A stretch of DNA of 64,000 nt from positions 153,326,001 through 153,390,000 of the forward strand of contig OZ024743.1 in the NCBI GenBank assembly GCA_964016885.1, read 5' to 3'. Positions 23,770 through 36,790 of this stretch are shown one piece after another. The position numbers were made by a program, and so were the translations under genes. The DNA is from Eledone cirrhosa (lineage: Eukaryota). Position 1 is the stretch's first letter; the number at the start of each line of letters is the position of its first letter. A model generated the notes under the pieces. The model worked only from the letters and a program-made list of their open reading frames with translations. It did not search any database and was not told the DNA's origin.

Positions 23770-25750
23770 GCCGTAATACAGGAAAGTTTTGTGCAATTTA
23801 TGTTTACAAGCCGAAATGGCCTCAGATTTTTTGTTTAAGATGTGGTCTTTGGCGTAGAGTATTTCCAGGGCCTCAGCGGCGCAGAGGTCACATGGTCTTT
23901 TATTTCCGTTATACTATCTAGCCCTAGCTAGGATCTCCCAGTGTAACTTATATTGGGTGTGGTTGTCTTTTAGACTCCAGATATAAGCTGAAAGTGACGC
24001 CATATTCCTTCTTAAAGTGTTACAAAAAGAATAGGTATGCATCTAAAGACGCTATTGAATCTATTGGCTGTTAACCCTATGTAGGCCCTACGGGACATGA
24101 GTGTTTCAACCTTACATTTGTAGACAACGTTACTACAGAGGCATATCCCGGATATGGGACAGTCAACCCGATTCCTACAATTACAGTTAGGACTAACTAC
24201 AGGGTTGCACGTGTTCGTACAGCTAGGTAGTTTAGCTAAATTTGGAGCTGTGATGTTATGTGCAAGTTTAGGAGTCGTAGAGTAAGACATTTTAATAGTA
24301 TTTCTATTAAAAATGTTACTATATTTATGTTGTGGGGGAAAATGCTTCATAATAAGGGAGAGAAAGATCTTAGCTAATGGTGTAGCCACCTCCATATTAT
24401 ATGGTGGGTTATACCATATAATGCGTCGGGATCTATTTCTTCTAGGTCTATTCTCGTACTCTGTATATGCTACTTTATCGACAAATCCACTCCGAGCAAG
24501 AGCTTCATTGTAATATGTGGAATGGTCGTTGAAAATATGCTCATTAGTAGATAGACGGGAAAGCCTCAAAGAAACGTTTCTTACCAGGTTCTTGGTTATG
24601 CTGGCAGGATGTTTAGAATGCTTACTCATGTAACCAAGCGTATCATTCGGGGTTTTTTCCGGGTAATGCAAGCCATTCGATAAATTGAGGATAACGTCGA
24701 AGTAATTAACGACCGAGTGGTTGGCCTCCACCTGTATGGAGAGGTTGAAGCCTTTAAAGAAGGCTGTGAGTTCTTTTCTGAACCTGTCGCAAGCACGTGG
24801 GCCGCACATAGTTATGGTCAAAAGACCATCTTCACGGTACAAACCACCGCCCACGTTGGGGAATTCTTCCTTGATAGAGAAAAGAAGGAAAAAGGCCGAT
24901 AAGTTCAGTAATCTCCGCAGAATCGCTGGTGCCCATACTCACGTCGAATGGAGTACTATTATATTTGTTTATCCAAATAGAGTCGTCGAAATTAATCACC
25001 GACTTACGGGCATTGAGGATGACATCAACTTCGAAATCCTTAACCAATGTGAGTGTTTTAGCGAAATTGATAGCTCTAAGGAGAAGTGGTAAAGTGATGG
25101 AGGAGTAGTAATTATTGATGTCGAATTGGATAAAACGGCAATGTTCCTTGTTGCATATGCCGTTGAACCAATCAATCACCGTGAAAGAATTGTTCCACAG
25201 TGAAAGAGGGGCCAAACTTCTTATTTCAGGTATAATTCTATCAAGAATCCTTTTACTAAGTCTACCTAGATCGGACTTCGTAGGGTTAATAAGCCGAATA
25301 GAGGGGTTGTTCGGAAATTTGGATTTGTGATCCTTCAGGGTAAAGTGGGTAGAAATAGGGTCCAGGGGTTCAGTCCGGTCCAGGATGTTGCGATCAGAGG
25401 TAATTTTAAACCCAGCATCTTTGATTTCATTAATGACGCTCCGATTAGTTTTACGGTAATCCTTAGTTACAGCATTATGTAGCAGTTGATGGTAAGTACT
25501 GCACTCCACTTGATATAGATTGTCAGTTTTGTCGGAATGGACGTGCACGGCATTAGATTCCTTAATAGAACGAATTCTATTCTTCAGGTCCTGCTGGAAG
25601 GAATTGCTCCTATTCCGAAATTTGATACTCCGTATGAGTTCCAAGACATCATTTTCGAAGGGTAGCAAAGCTGGGTTTCTCGGATGGCTATTATAGGTTT
25701 TAAACCCAAATTAATCCTGTTTGTTCTCTGCTTTTCCTTGATTATCAAAA
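23770..25750 (-). pseudogene. PLE RT-endonuclease ORF with frameshifts and a stop; resembles the Hydra clade
   Basis: SDKTDNLY, LKDHK, RLINP, QFDINNYY, GLYREDGL, CNC..CPISGIC, VVYK..YIG, then W.IL...CDLC..E...LNKKSE..ACKH in the unannotated downstream frame. Confidence 0.9.
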
Positions 25751-26568
25751 TAAAAGGCACACATGAGTTTTGCGTCTGTGTGAGTATGGGGGTTCGTATG
25801 TATGTAGGGTGTGTGTATATGTCTACTTTGTGTTTTGGTTGACGTTCGTACATGTAGGTATGTTTGTGCGCTTGTTATATACGTATTTATTTACTCATAT
25901 ACGTTTATTTAATTATATGTATACACGCACACATACACATATATATATTTTTTTTATATATATTTTTCTGTGTATTTGGTGTATACATTCGTATGCGTGC
26001 GGGTACAGGTGTTGCGTGGGTTCTGTATGTGCTTGCGGTCTTTTTTTGTTTTTTTTTCTGTGCACATGCGTGTATTTGTATACATATGGCGAGTGTTTTC
26101 GCGTATGCTTGTGTATGTACGTATATAGATGCGTGTATGTATTTATTTAATTTAAATTACCTCTGTATTTTATTTACTTTATTCTTAACTCTGAAGCCGA
26201 GAATCATTCGGTTTCCTAGTTAGAATTTTAGTCTACGACTTCAGTTATACCATTTACGTGGTTTTGTCTTTGCGTGCAATTGTTCTCCCTGGTCCACATA
26301 TGACGTATTATCTTCGTTTTTTCCGTTCATTGCCAGAGAACGTCTCTATGAACTACCTAACAGATATTAGTCTACGACTTCTTTTATACCATAAACGTGG
26401 TTTTGTCTTTGCGTGTAATAGTTTTTCACCGCTCCAATTAATGACGTATTATATTCGTTTTTTCCCGTTCTTTGCCAGGGAACGTTCCTACGAACAAAAG
26501 TATCGTCTTCCTGTTTTATTCCGGTTGCAACATTTTTTGAAATATTTACTTCTGAGATTGACTTGGTT

Positions 26569-26619
26569 AGTTTCAGAAGATCCCATTAAGGGTGAAAGCA
26601 GCGATTCTTTGCTTAAACT
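26569..26619 (+). ncRNA. Hammerhead-like motif with CAGAAGA (U4A) core, inverted pseudo-LTR copy
   Basis: Same architecture as 22662-22712. Confidence 0.7.
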
Positions 26620-26731
26620 TTAATCTGTTATTTTAATAAATATTTGCTCTACGGTTCTTATATATTTGATATATATTTATCCTTATCGAGCCCTCTTTGG
26701 ATTTTAGTCTTCAAATTTATTATTATTACTA

Positions 26732-27048
<317 letters not shown>

Positions 27049-27090
27049 ATAATAAACGGAGAATCAGTGGTGCGACGAATAACATTTATT

Positions 27091-27187
27091 AGACATATAA
27101 CAATCGTTTCTCTGGCCACCAGCTCGAGGCACGATCGATACAATGATCGAACCTGTCTCTGAAATCGCAAGATCCTCAGATACGTCT
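27091..27187 (-). ncRNA. Type I hammerhead with 62-nt stem II, inside a small foldback (27044-27116 / 27212-27285)
   Basis: Minus: agacgtat CTGAGGA tct...aga GAAA cgattg TT atatgtct aataaa; 8-bp stem I. Confidence 0.8.
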
Positions 27188-27500
27188 CGATTCTTCGAAG
27201 CAGAGTTTGTCGCCAGAGAAACGATTGTAATATGTCTAATAAATATTATTCGTCGCACCACTGATTCTCCGTTTCTTATGTGATATTATACTCTGCTCTG
27301 TAAGAGCATCGAGTGCTCAAACCGCCTACCGCTTACAAATGCTTTAAGCATCCCACGCCAATTATTTATATATACACACAAATATACATATATTGATTTT
27401 CTTGGGGATTTCATATGAATGAAACAGTTCTAGTCCTGTAGAAGTCGTTTCTATATAAAATAAAGATATTTACAACAATGTGTGTGTGTTTATTATATTA

Positions 27501-27692
27501 GGGCGGTAGATTGGCAGTATCAGTAGAGGGTCGGACCCCATACTTTCCAGCATAGTTACGTCCCTTTACGATCTGAGTTCAAATCCCGTCGAGGTTGACT
27601 TTGCCTTTCATCCTTACGGGGTCGATAAAATAAAGTACCAGTAATGCACTGGGTATTTGCTGGCCTTGTGCCTAAAGTAGAAACAATTATAT
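27501..27692 (+). mobile_element. SINE family A, near full length
   Basis: ggcggtagattggcagtatc head, B box, Nin-like core, aattat tail. Confidence 0.88.
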
Positions 27693-30600
27693 TAATATGC
27701 ATTTCTAGTGTAGTGTCATTTTCTTTTAGTTTACAGTTATTCTTTATGTATTTATTATGTAATGAATGTCATTTTTATATAGTATATAAGATCACTCCCA
27801 ATATAAAATTGCTTCACTAGTGTGATTTGAATATAATTGGAATGCTGGATATTCTGGAGCCTTGTAGTAAGAATCTTTCCAGAATTATAAATTATGTGTG
27901 TTAAGCATTTATTTTAAATGTATTCTGACTAGATGAAGTTTGGAATGGAGGCAATAGTAATGTGTTCTGATTCCATTGATTCCATTACTGTCAATGTTAT
28001 AGTTGTTATTCCTGTGAAGTTGTGCCTTTTTTTTTTATATTTGTCAATGATGCTGTTTGGGGGAATTTGATAATTTTGAAGCATTTTAAAGACACCTTTT
28101 TGGATATTTTAGAATCTGGTTCCTGTAAATTTGTGTTTACTATCATTCTCTGGTGGTGTTTGCACATATAGTGAAAAATGATAGAGAACATATTATTCAA
28201 TCATGCCCATCTTGTCTTGTTTCCTGGATAAATTTATTTTGTATATTTAACCATTTTATAATAGTAAGGTAGCATTTGAGGAAGATTTGGCTGCAAATTC
28301 TTCTCTGGCTTGTGAAATTGTTCTGTTTTTTAACATGGTTAGCACATTTAATGTTGCAGAAGTTAATGACACAAAAAATCGTATTAAGGTTTTGTGCACT
28401 GTTAAACATTTGGAGGATGAATTGGGAAAAAATCTGATACATTGTAATACAATTTCATTCTGAACATATTACAAGCATTTCTATTTTACCTTATTAGGAA
28501 ACAGTAATTTTTGACAATTCACATTAGCTTTACACTCCCTTTTCTAGCTGGTTAATAAGAAATCTTTAATAAAAGAAAAATATCTTTTCAATATTTCCTT
28601 ACATAAACAAGGAAGATTTTCATCGTTCGTTTCTATTTTTGTTGGGCATATCATGTAAAAATTTATTCACTACAATCTCAAGAGATAAAAATTCGGGATA
28701 TAGAAATTTGCCTGAATAGAAAATGTAAATAATGTTCATCTAATTCACGAAACAAATTCAAAATTCTTCCGTAGAGAAACAGAAAAAATTGCAATAATTT
28801 AAAAAATGGAAACAAAAACAAACTTTTTTAGGAATAAAATATCATATTTTGCACATTTGCCAGTACATGGTAACAAGCAATGAAGAAAGAATTATTGTTC
28901 ATTCACAACATCATGCATTTATTTCCTTTTGTCAGGAATATTTTTCATCTTTGTTTCTTATATTTCTTATTTCAATGTGAGTAGTGGTAAAATGCTAATA
29001 TATAACAAACTATTTTTTTCTAAGATACAGGTAGCTTCACATTCTGGACAAATTATTACAAATATAAAAGTTGATAAATTATTTTCCTTGTTATATATCT
29101 GATTTTTCCATATTCACATGGTTAGTCTATATTTTTATTTTTGTTTTCATTTTGAGAGCTGGACACCAATCCTTCCAATAAATATTTAACTGTGAAGATG
29201 TTATTGTTATTGCTGTTATTTCCACTCTACTTAGCAGATCTGAACAGATCTATATTCAAAGTAATTTCAGCCATGACTATCCCCATCCTGTATTTTTATC
29301 AGATTTACATGTTCTAATGCAAACTTCCATTTTTAAGGTAGTAAGATGTTACTGTTATTTTGAAGCAGAGTACTTCATCCATGATCAAGTACACATATGG
29401 TATATAGATACTAGGGAAAACAACCTGGGACTATCAGGGCCATGCAAAGCCAGTAATAACCTCAGGCCAGATGTAAAACATAAAACCCTAAAATTGGCCT
29501 GAAATCTAGGCTTCATTACATATTTTTCATTAAGTGTTATAATAAACAGTGATAAATACAAATGATAATGTGTATGAGTCATTGATATCTACATGTAGTG
29601 CACATTATGTACGCATGAGTAACATAATAATATAAAAGAACTTAAACTTGGAGCAATTACCCCACCCAATTTGTAGGCCCATTCCAACTGTTTCACCTGC
29701 TCCTCTCCCTGTTCATTCAACATGGGTGAAATCCATACATCCAGTACTACAAATATGCAGACAACACTGTACACTCTTACATACATAGGTTTATCATGTG
29801 GGGAACTGTGTAGCAGTATGAAATGTGAGTTATTATATGCCTGTAAATTCGGGTTATAGCCATTGAGAAAGTGGGTATGCTGCATTTAATGAAAGTATAG
29901 AGATCACTGATTTTAAGCAGTTATTTTATAGCCTTAGGTATATTTTATTTGAGCAGACTTATAATCAAAGACATTTCATTCAGCTAATAATGTACTTAGT
30001 TTCACATTATTCAATGTGTTGTTTTCAAGTTTTAAGACAGAAGAAGGCCCAGGGAGATTTGGCATCTATTTCTAACAGGATGATAGAGTGCATAGAGGCC
30101 TTCCTTTCTGGCTTTCCGGGATTGTGCAACCCAGCACAATGTTACTCTTGTTTTTGAGAGTATCTGTTTTTTTATGTTTATTCTATTTACCTGATATTGT
30201 TCTAGTACTGTTCAATGCTGCTGGTGATATGTCTGCGTGTTTAAATGTGATTGAACCTGTAGTGACAGAGTAAATGTGCAATGGAGTTCACTAAAATGAA
30301 TTGTTACCCCTTGCATGTCTTTCATTTTAAATATTTTTGTTGTCTAGGAATGTAGGTACAGTTTGTGAGAATGCCAAATATGCCATTTCTGTTTACTGTG
30401 TTTTTTGATCTGTAGTAGAATGGTCAAGGGTCTAAGCAGGATTAATTTAATCAAGGTTGAATCTAATATTTTGTTTTGTCCACTTATAGTGTTTCACTGT
30501 ATTTGTAAATATGGTACATGTGTAAGGGCTCTCTGTACATTGTTTTGATTTCTTCAAAATGTATTTTATATTTGATGTGATGTATGTGGGAGGAAGTTGA

Positions 30601-31224
30601 CTATATCCAAGGTTGTATCTTTCCATTTTAGATAAATTATTCAGACTGTAAAGCTAGTTATAATGAGTTTATAGTTTTGCTTTGCATGTTTATTTTAGTA
30701 TTTGATGACAGATTCGCAGTAATGAGTTTATTGGAGAGATTTAAGTTGAAGGCACACTAAGCATATAATGGAGCATTTTTTTCCTAGATATATTTATTTT
30801 ACTAATATTCTCCATATAAAGATATGAACATGTCTCTCCTTTAAAATCTTAGACTTTCTGCTTGTGTTGCTAATTAAACAGTATATCATATAATAATCAA
30901 CAGAATTGGTTTTAAGTATTTAATTAACTCATCAGAATTAAAATCTTGCTGAAGTTAAGTTTGATTTTCCTTACTTTGTGGAGCAGGAGCTGTTAATGAA
31001 ATATATACTGTTACGTAATCCCTTTAATTATCTACACATTTCTGTCCCTGTATTCATGTTAGATATTAGTATGAGATCTTAGAACTACACACTTTTGTTA
31101 TATCTTTGTAATTAAAATTTCTGATTAGTATTTCTCTTTAAAATAGCATATCTGTTTCCAGAAATAGTTGATCATAACTCTGCAATAAACTGTTCACAGA
31201 AGCACTAGAATAGTTTCCTATTTG

Positions 31225-31810
31225 TTATCATCATCATCATCATCATCTTCATGTGTCTGTTTTTCCACGCTTGCATGGGTTGGTTAGGTCTTTTCTAGCA
31301 CAGCTTCTTTCTACAGGGAAAGTTGGGCAGTTCTTCATCCAATTATAATCATCTAAGCATTCAAGCCAGGTCTTTGGTTTCAGGATATATTCCTCTCCCA
31401 CTAGCCCTGGAGGCCCTGAAAACATTCATGGGGATTGCCATTATCTTCAAACAGAAAAAAATGTCCATACACATCACATGTCGATACCAGCACAATCATC
31501 TATTTTGCATACTACATCAGATTTCTCTTATGTCCAATTTCTCTCTTAGCTCATCCAATTTTTTATATTCCTACTCACTAACATTATACATCCAATGGTG
31601 CATTTCTTTATCTCCAGACTTTGCATATCTGCTGCATTCACTGTCCATGTCTCACTGCCTAGCAACATCACACATTGTATGCAGGCATAATACAGCATGC
31701 CATTTGGTCAGAGAGGGAATCCTTTGTCATTAAAAGAAGTAGTAGCTCCCTGAACTTTTTCAATCCTGTTCTTACTCTGGCTACTATACATTCAGAGCAA
31801 CCCACATCTC
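31225..31810 (-). mobile_element. Decayed RTE LINE 3' portion with (ATG)n tail
   Basis: Homologous in reverse to the 33330-33780 region; (cat)n tail at 31227-31250. Confidence 0.55.
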
Positions 31811-33830
31811 AGGAAATGTTCCAGAAAATGGAAGGTGTCATGGGGATAGAATGATAGGGTAGATAGAGCGATAAAAACAAAAACAAAAAGCCTGCAAAGA
31901 TGAAAGGAGGAAACAGAGCAATACCAAATATCTAGAAGAGAGACCAGGTACCAGGCATACTTCACAACGGAAGAAGCAGAAACATTTTTTTCACATATTT
32001 TCATCATGAGGAACAGAAGCATAAAGTATTCTGGACTGCAATTCTGAGACAGTATTCTAAAGAATATTATGACATAGATGGGGAAAAGTGTGTCCAAAAT
32101 AATAGTGGAGCACTTGCCTTGATAGATGCCAAATAGAAAGTTGTATGGGACATTTACTGGGAGAGACTGATGAATGAAGAGAAGAAAAGAAAGAATGAGG
32201 GACTATCCTATGTAGACTTAACAAAGGGACCAGCCATAAAAGTTGACAGCAGTGTGATATGCAAAATGATTGTGAGTATATGAAGGTAACGAAGACAACT
32301 GGACCATCTCGTATTGTTGCTGAGAAGCTAAAATCATCCATCCAGCATGATAGTCTATGACCTAATCAGATGCATAATTAATCAAGTTGTACAGGATGGT
32401 GCTATATCCAAAGACTGGTACAGCAGTGTCATTGTGAACTGCTACAAGGAGACATACTTGAGAAAGAGAACTACAGCAGCATCAAGGTAATGAATGAAGC
32501 CATAAAAATTATGGAACGGGTTATAGCATAACTAATTAGGGATAGAATTAAGTTAGATAAGATGCAGTTTGGCTTTATGCAGGTAGCAGTACAGTAAATG
32601 CCTTGATTCTGGTGAGACAAACACAGAAGCACTTGTCTATGTGTAAGCATTTGTAGATCTGGAAAAAGACTTTGAGAGTGTTCCCTGCTCTGTAATCTGG
32701 GGGAAGGTGGGGTCAAGGAAGCTAGACATAGATGAATGGTTCACGAGGGCTATTAAGGCTCAACCAGTAAATTGAGAATTGGCAATGAATAGAGTGATGA
32801 ATTTGAAGTATACAGTTGGGATTCAACAAAGGCTCAGTCCTCAACCAACTTTTGCATTCCATTGACTTTTAAGCCATAACAAGAGTTTCAAACTGACACC
32901 CCATAGTAACTTCTGTACACTGATGATTTAGTCCTTATAGCTGAATCTGTGGGGGAGTTGGAGGCAAAATTCAAGTCATGGAAGAAACATCTAGGATAGA
33001 AAGGCCTAAAAGTAAACTTGGCATATTCTAGAGTTTTAATAAGTAGAGAAGAAGAAAGGAGGCTAATATTGTCAAGGACATGACCTTGGCACATATGTCA
33101 ACAAGATGTGGGAAGAAATTCCATAAGGGGCACACAGTGCAATCTATGGATGCACAAGAGATGTTGTGGAATTGCTGGCAGGTTAATGGAGAAGAGAGAC
33201 TTTATATGCAACAGTACAGGAAAGTAGTATATGCAAAAGAACACACATGACATTGAATAACTTAGCTGCATGGAAGTTGACAGTTTTGCTGCCTAGGGAA
33301 CCTAAGCAGAAGTTGGGGAGAATGCTCTGAAAGTGTGAGCGTGGTGTAAGAATAGACTGCAAGATGTTTAGAGAAGCTGGTACCTCTGCTGACAACAAAA
33401 AGTTTTTCTCTGAGAGTAAGGGGTAGACAGTATGATGCTTGCATGTGAACTGAAATGCTACATGGTGGTGAGACATGGGTCTTGACTAAAGAAGACCAGC
33501 AAAGGCTAGAACGAAATGACATAAGCTGGCTCTGACGGATGTGTAATGTTAGTGTGTCTGAATGATGTAGCATAAGGAACCTGAGAGAAAAACTTAGCGT
33601 AAGAAGAATTAGATGTAATGTGCAAGTGAGAAGACAGCCTTGGTAAGGACATGTGTTGAGTATGGAAGATGATAATTGTATAAAGAAATGCAGTGAAATT
33701 TTAGTGGATGGGACAAATGGAAGTGGCACACTCAGGAACCCATGTGATTAGTTAGTAAGGACTCATCGTAAGCAGCTGAACCTCAAAGACAACAAAGAAT
33801 TGGCATTATGTTTACTGGGAGTAAACCTAC
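31810..33830 (+). mobile_element. Decayed RTE-clade LINE (RT domain to 3' end)
   Basis: Plus-frame fragments KIMERVI..LIRDRIKLDKMQFGFM, AFVDLEK.F, LLYTDDLVLIAES, MLHGGETW, with many stops. Confidence 0.8.
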
Positions 33831-34833
33831 CTACCAGCATAAAATGTGATCTGACTTGACTAATGCATGGAACCCGTCCACTTGCACTTCTTAGTATCTA
33901 TTCTTATAATCCCTGTATACTCCTACCTCTAATCTAACTAGAATTACATCCACTTCATTTAAATGCTAATTCTCACATTCTATCAAATATCATCCCCACT
34001 TCTTTCCCACTCTATGCAGGATTACCCCCTTCTAAAATATGGACACACCAGTCATATCTCCTTTGTTGTTGTTGTCATCCTAACACCTCCCACATTATAA
34101 AAGGTTACTCCTCCTCTCATACTCATCACTCTGTCAGCTGTCACCACCTCATGTTTCTTGTCATACACCATGGCATCATACTTATACTTCTTACTCCCCT
34201 TCATCCTATTCCCTCCTACCTCTGGAGTAGAGAGGGCTCTTCAGTTGAGCCAATGGCTGTCAACCTTTTAAGTGTTGGCATCTTACAAAATGCACTAACC
34301 ATGCCTAACAATGTTACAAGCATCAAAAAGACTCTTTTGTTGTGTCAATGGCACAGCAACCTGCCTAATATTTGTCATCTAGAAGACAAATGCACCCAGT
34401 ACACTCTGTAAAGTGGTTGTTAATAGGAAGGGCATGCAGCAGTAGAAAACCTGCCACTCATAAGATCAAGTGGACTCTCCTGTTGTGTCAAAGACATGAC
34501 AATCTCTCAAGTGTTGGTGATTTGCATAATAAATGCAACCAGTACACTCTGTAATGTGGTTGGTGAAAACTTGCCAAACAAAGGGTCATGGTAATTTACC
34601 TAGTGCAGATGCTATGATAAATTCTACTCAGTAAAGCACAAGAAAGTAAGTGAAATGTGAGCTTCCGGCCTATCTTATCATTTGGTAAAGTGAACGAGAT
34701 GCAGTCAACCAGTTCATCTGAGAGCTCAGTAGCTCTACTTGAGTATTAACTCAATCTGTGATGACTTGCTCAATCCTTCACAGGGAAAATGGATGTTAAA
34801 TTTTGCTGATGCTGATATATATATATATATATT

Positions 34834-34902
34834 TTCCTTTGATGAACAGGCTGGATGTTTCTGTAAGAATCATCTAGTTTCTTGAAACCTTTAGTAATGG
34901 AA
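34834..34902 (+). ncRNA. Decayed hammerhead; array-free homologue of 18993-19512
   Basis: ttcct TTGATGA acaggctggatg...catctagtttctt GAAA ccttta GTA atggaa; the following ~100 nt align with 19513-19607. Confidence 0.55.
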
Positions 34903-36449
34903 TAATTATATTGTGTTGTTTATTATGTAATTAAATGTAATTAAATAGCTCTGTACAACACATAGAGCACTCTTCTTTCCTTTACCTTGTCTATGGAAAT
35001 ACTTAACAAACACACACATATATACAGTTTCTTACAACATAGATATGATGGTTCAGCAATATAATTTTCGGCACATATATATACCAGGTAATGAAATATT
35101 CACATATTTTGCTCTGCTTTCTGTGTCTACAGCAATCAATTGTAGCCTGAGGTCCTTAATCAGGAAGTGGATTGAAAAAGCACACTTACTGATGATGCTT
35201 TCTGGTGAACTAATTAAGGTTGATATGTATCTAACATATTTGTTGTTGAGGTTGGCATCTAATTTTTTTCTGTTATTTTTTTATTTCTTTTTACACAACT
35301 GTTGATATTGCTGCAAATGGTAATGGTAGGAAAACATCATTGGTGCTCACCAAAATTATGGTTGAATATGAAAATTGCAATAATAGCCTTAAGAGCAGAC
35401 ACATAATTTTTACATAACAGGCTCAACATTAGAAACTTTAATGTTTTGTACTTATTTCCCAGATGAACCAACAAAGAAGTCCCTACATCATTGCTTAGCT
35501 TGCTAGGAAAGTTATCAAATCTTCCTCAAATTACATTAAACCATTTTAAAAAAGATACTTTGTATAACATGAACATTGGTTCCATGGGTATAGGAATAAG
35601 ATGTGATGCTTATAGTTGGAATGCTTTTATCATAAATATAATTAATCAGGGCTTGCCTTTGACCAGCAACAACAAGATGTCTTGATCTGCTAAAAATAAT
35701 AACCAACATTCCTCAAATCATAATTTAGATGGTCATGACTGGAATGCCTTTTATCATATGCTTGCTAAATAAGAGTTGGCTGGGGGCTAAACCACAATAA
35801 TAACTCACCTACCAGACAGACATAACATGATGGACTATGATAACAAATGAAGAGCTAAAGAACTAAGCAAAAAAAGGAAGATGACAAGAAAATAGGATAA
35901 AGAAAGTGATGTCATAAGCATTGTAGCTGTCAAGTGAAAGGTTTGGCTTAATAACATCTCTTAATAAATAATACTTCTCAATCTGGTGCTTTGTTGATAT
36001 TAAAAAGAAAAAGTCTTGGTCATAGTAACAAACCCAGGAGACAGCATTGACATCAGGATGATTAATGATATGATATAGCGGAATATTTATGTCTGTGCTT
36101 GCAGAGATTGGAATTAATGCCTAAATGACTCCTCTACTCCACAGAGATACTTTTGTTAAAATTGATTTTATGAAAAAATAAAAATGAAAATAAAAATATG
36201 AAAAAAAAAAGATAGAGAGTCAAAAAGAATAAAAAAGTAGTATAAACTTTACTGAAAATGATGATGGTGTGCAGAATTTGCTGCAGGCAAATATCTTTCA
36301 GACTGTTATAGTAAAGTAAAGAAAGGCACCCACGAGTGGAGTCCAAGTACTTGACACTGTTACCAGAAATCTAGATGAAATATTAGCTAAAATTATGCAT
36401 AAAATACTATAGCTATTTCATCTATTTATTTATATATTTTCTGATCCTC

Positions 36450-36790
36450 ATCATCATCACCTCCGTTTAATGAGCATCTTTCCATGCTAGTATGGGTTAG
36501 ATGGGTTTGTCTCATTTGAGGCAAGTTTGGTTGGGTGACCACATCTTTCTTGTATAGAACCGATTTTGGCCTAGTTTCTACAGCTGGATGCTCTTCCTAG
36601 TACCAACCTCATTTACAGTGAGTGCTGGGTGCTTTTTGCTGTGACACCTACATGACCACTTTACAATATGTACTGGGTACTTTTTGCTGTGACACATACA
36701 CGACCACTTTACAATGTGGACTTGGGACTTTTTGCCGTGACACCTACATGACCACTTTACAGTGTGCCCTGGCATTTTTTTGTTGTGCTG
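36450..36790 (-). mobile_element. SINE B-type 3' portion with an internal 48-bp tandem repeat (~3.5 units, 36622-36790)
   Basis: ttttgc(t/c)gtgacac recurs at ~36633, 36681 and 36729; (cat)n tail. Confidence 0.7.

Larger units (their letters stand above)
22641..26730 (-). mobile_element. Penelope-like element (RT + C-terminal GIY-YIG), 5'-truncated, with an inverted pseudo-LTR copy
   Basis: Coding remnant ~23770-25750; 3' region 22641-23538 repeated inverted at 25764-26640; both ends abut microsatellites. Confidence 0.92.

Noticed and set aside
26185-26225. CTGAAG hairpin as a hammerhead
   Set aside because: No GAAA on the same strand; it is a simple stem-loop
27395-27440. Hammerhead-like cttgggga..ttcatatgaat GAAA
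   Set aside because: Core too degenerate and stem I unsupported
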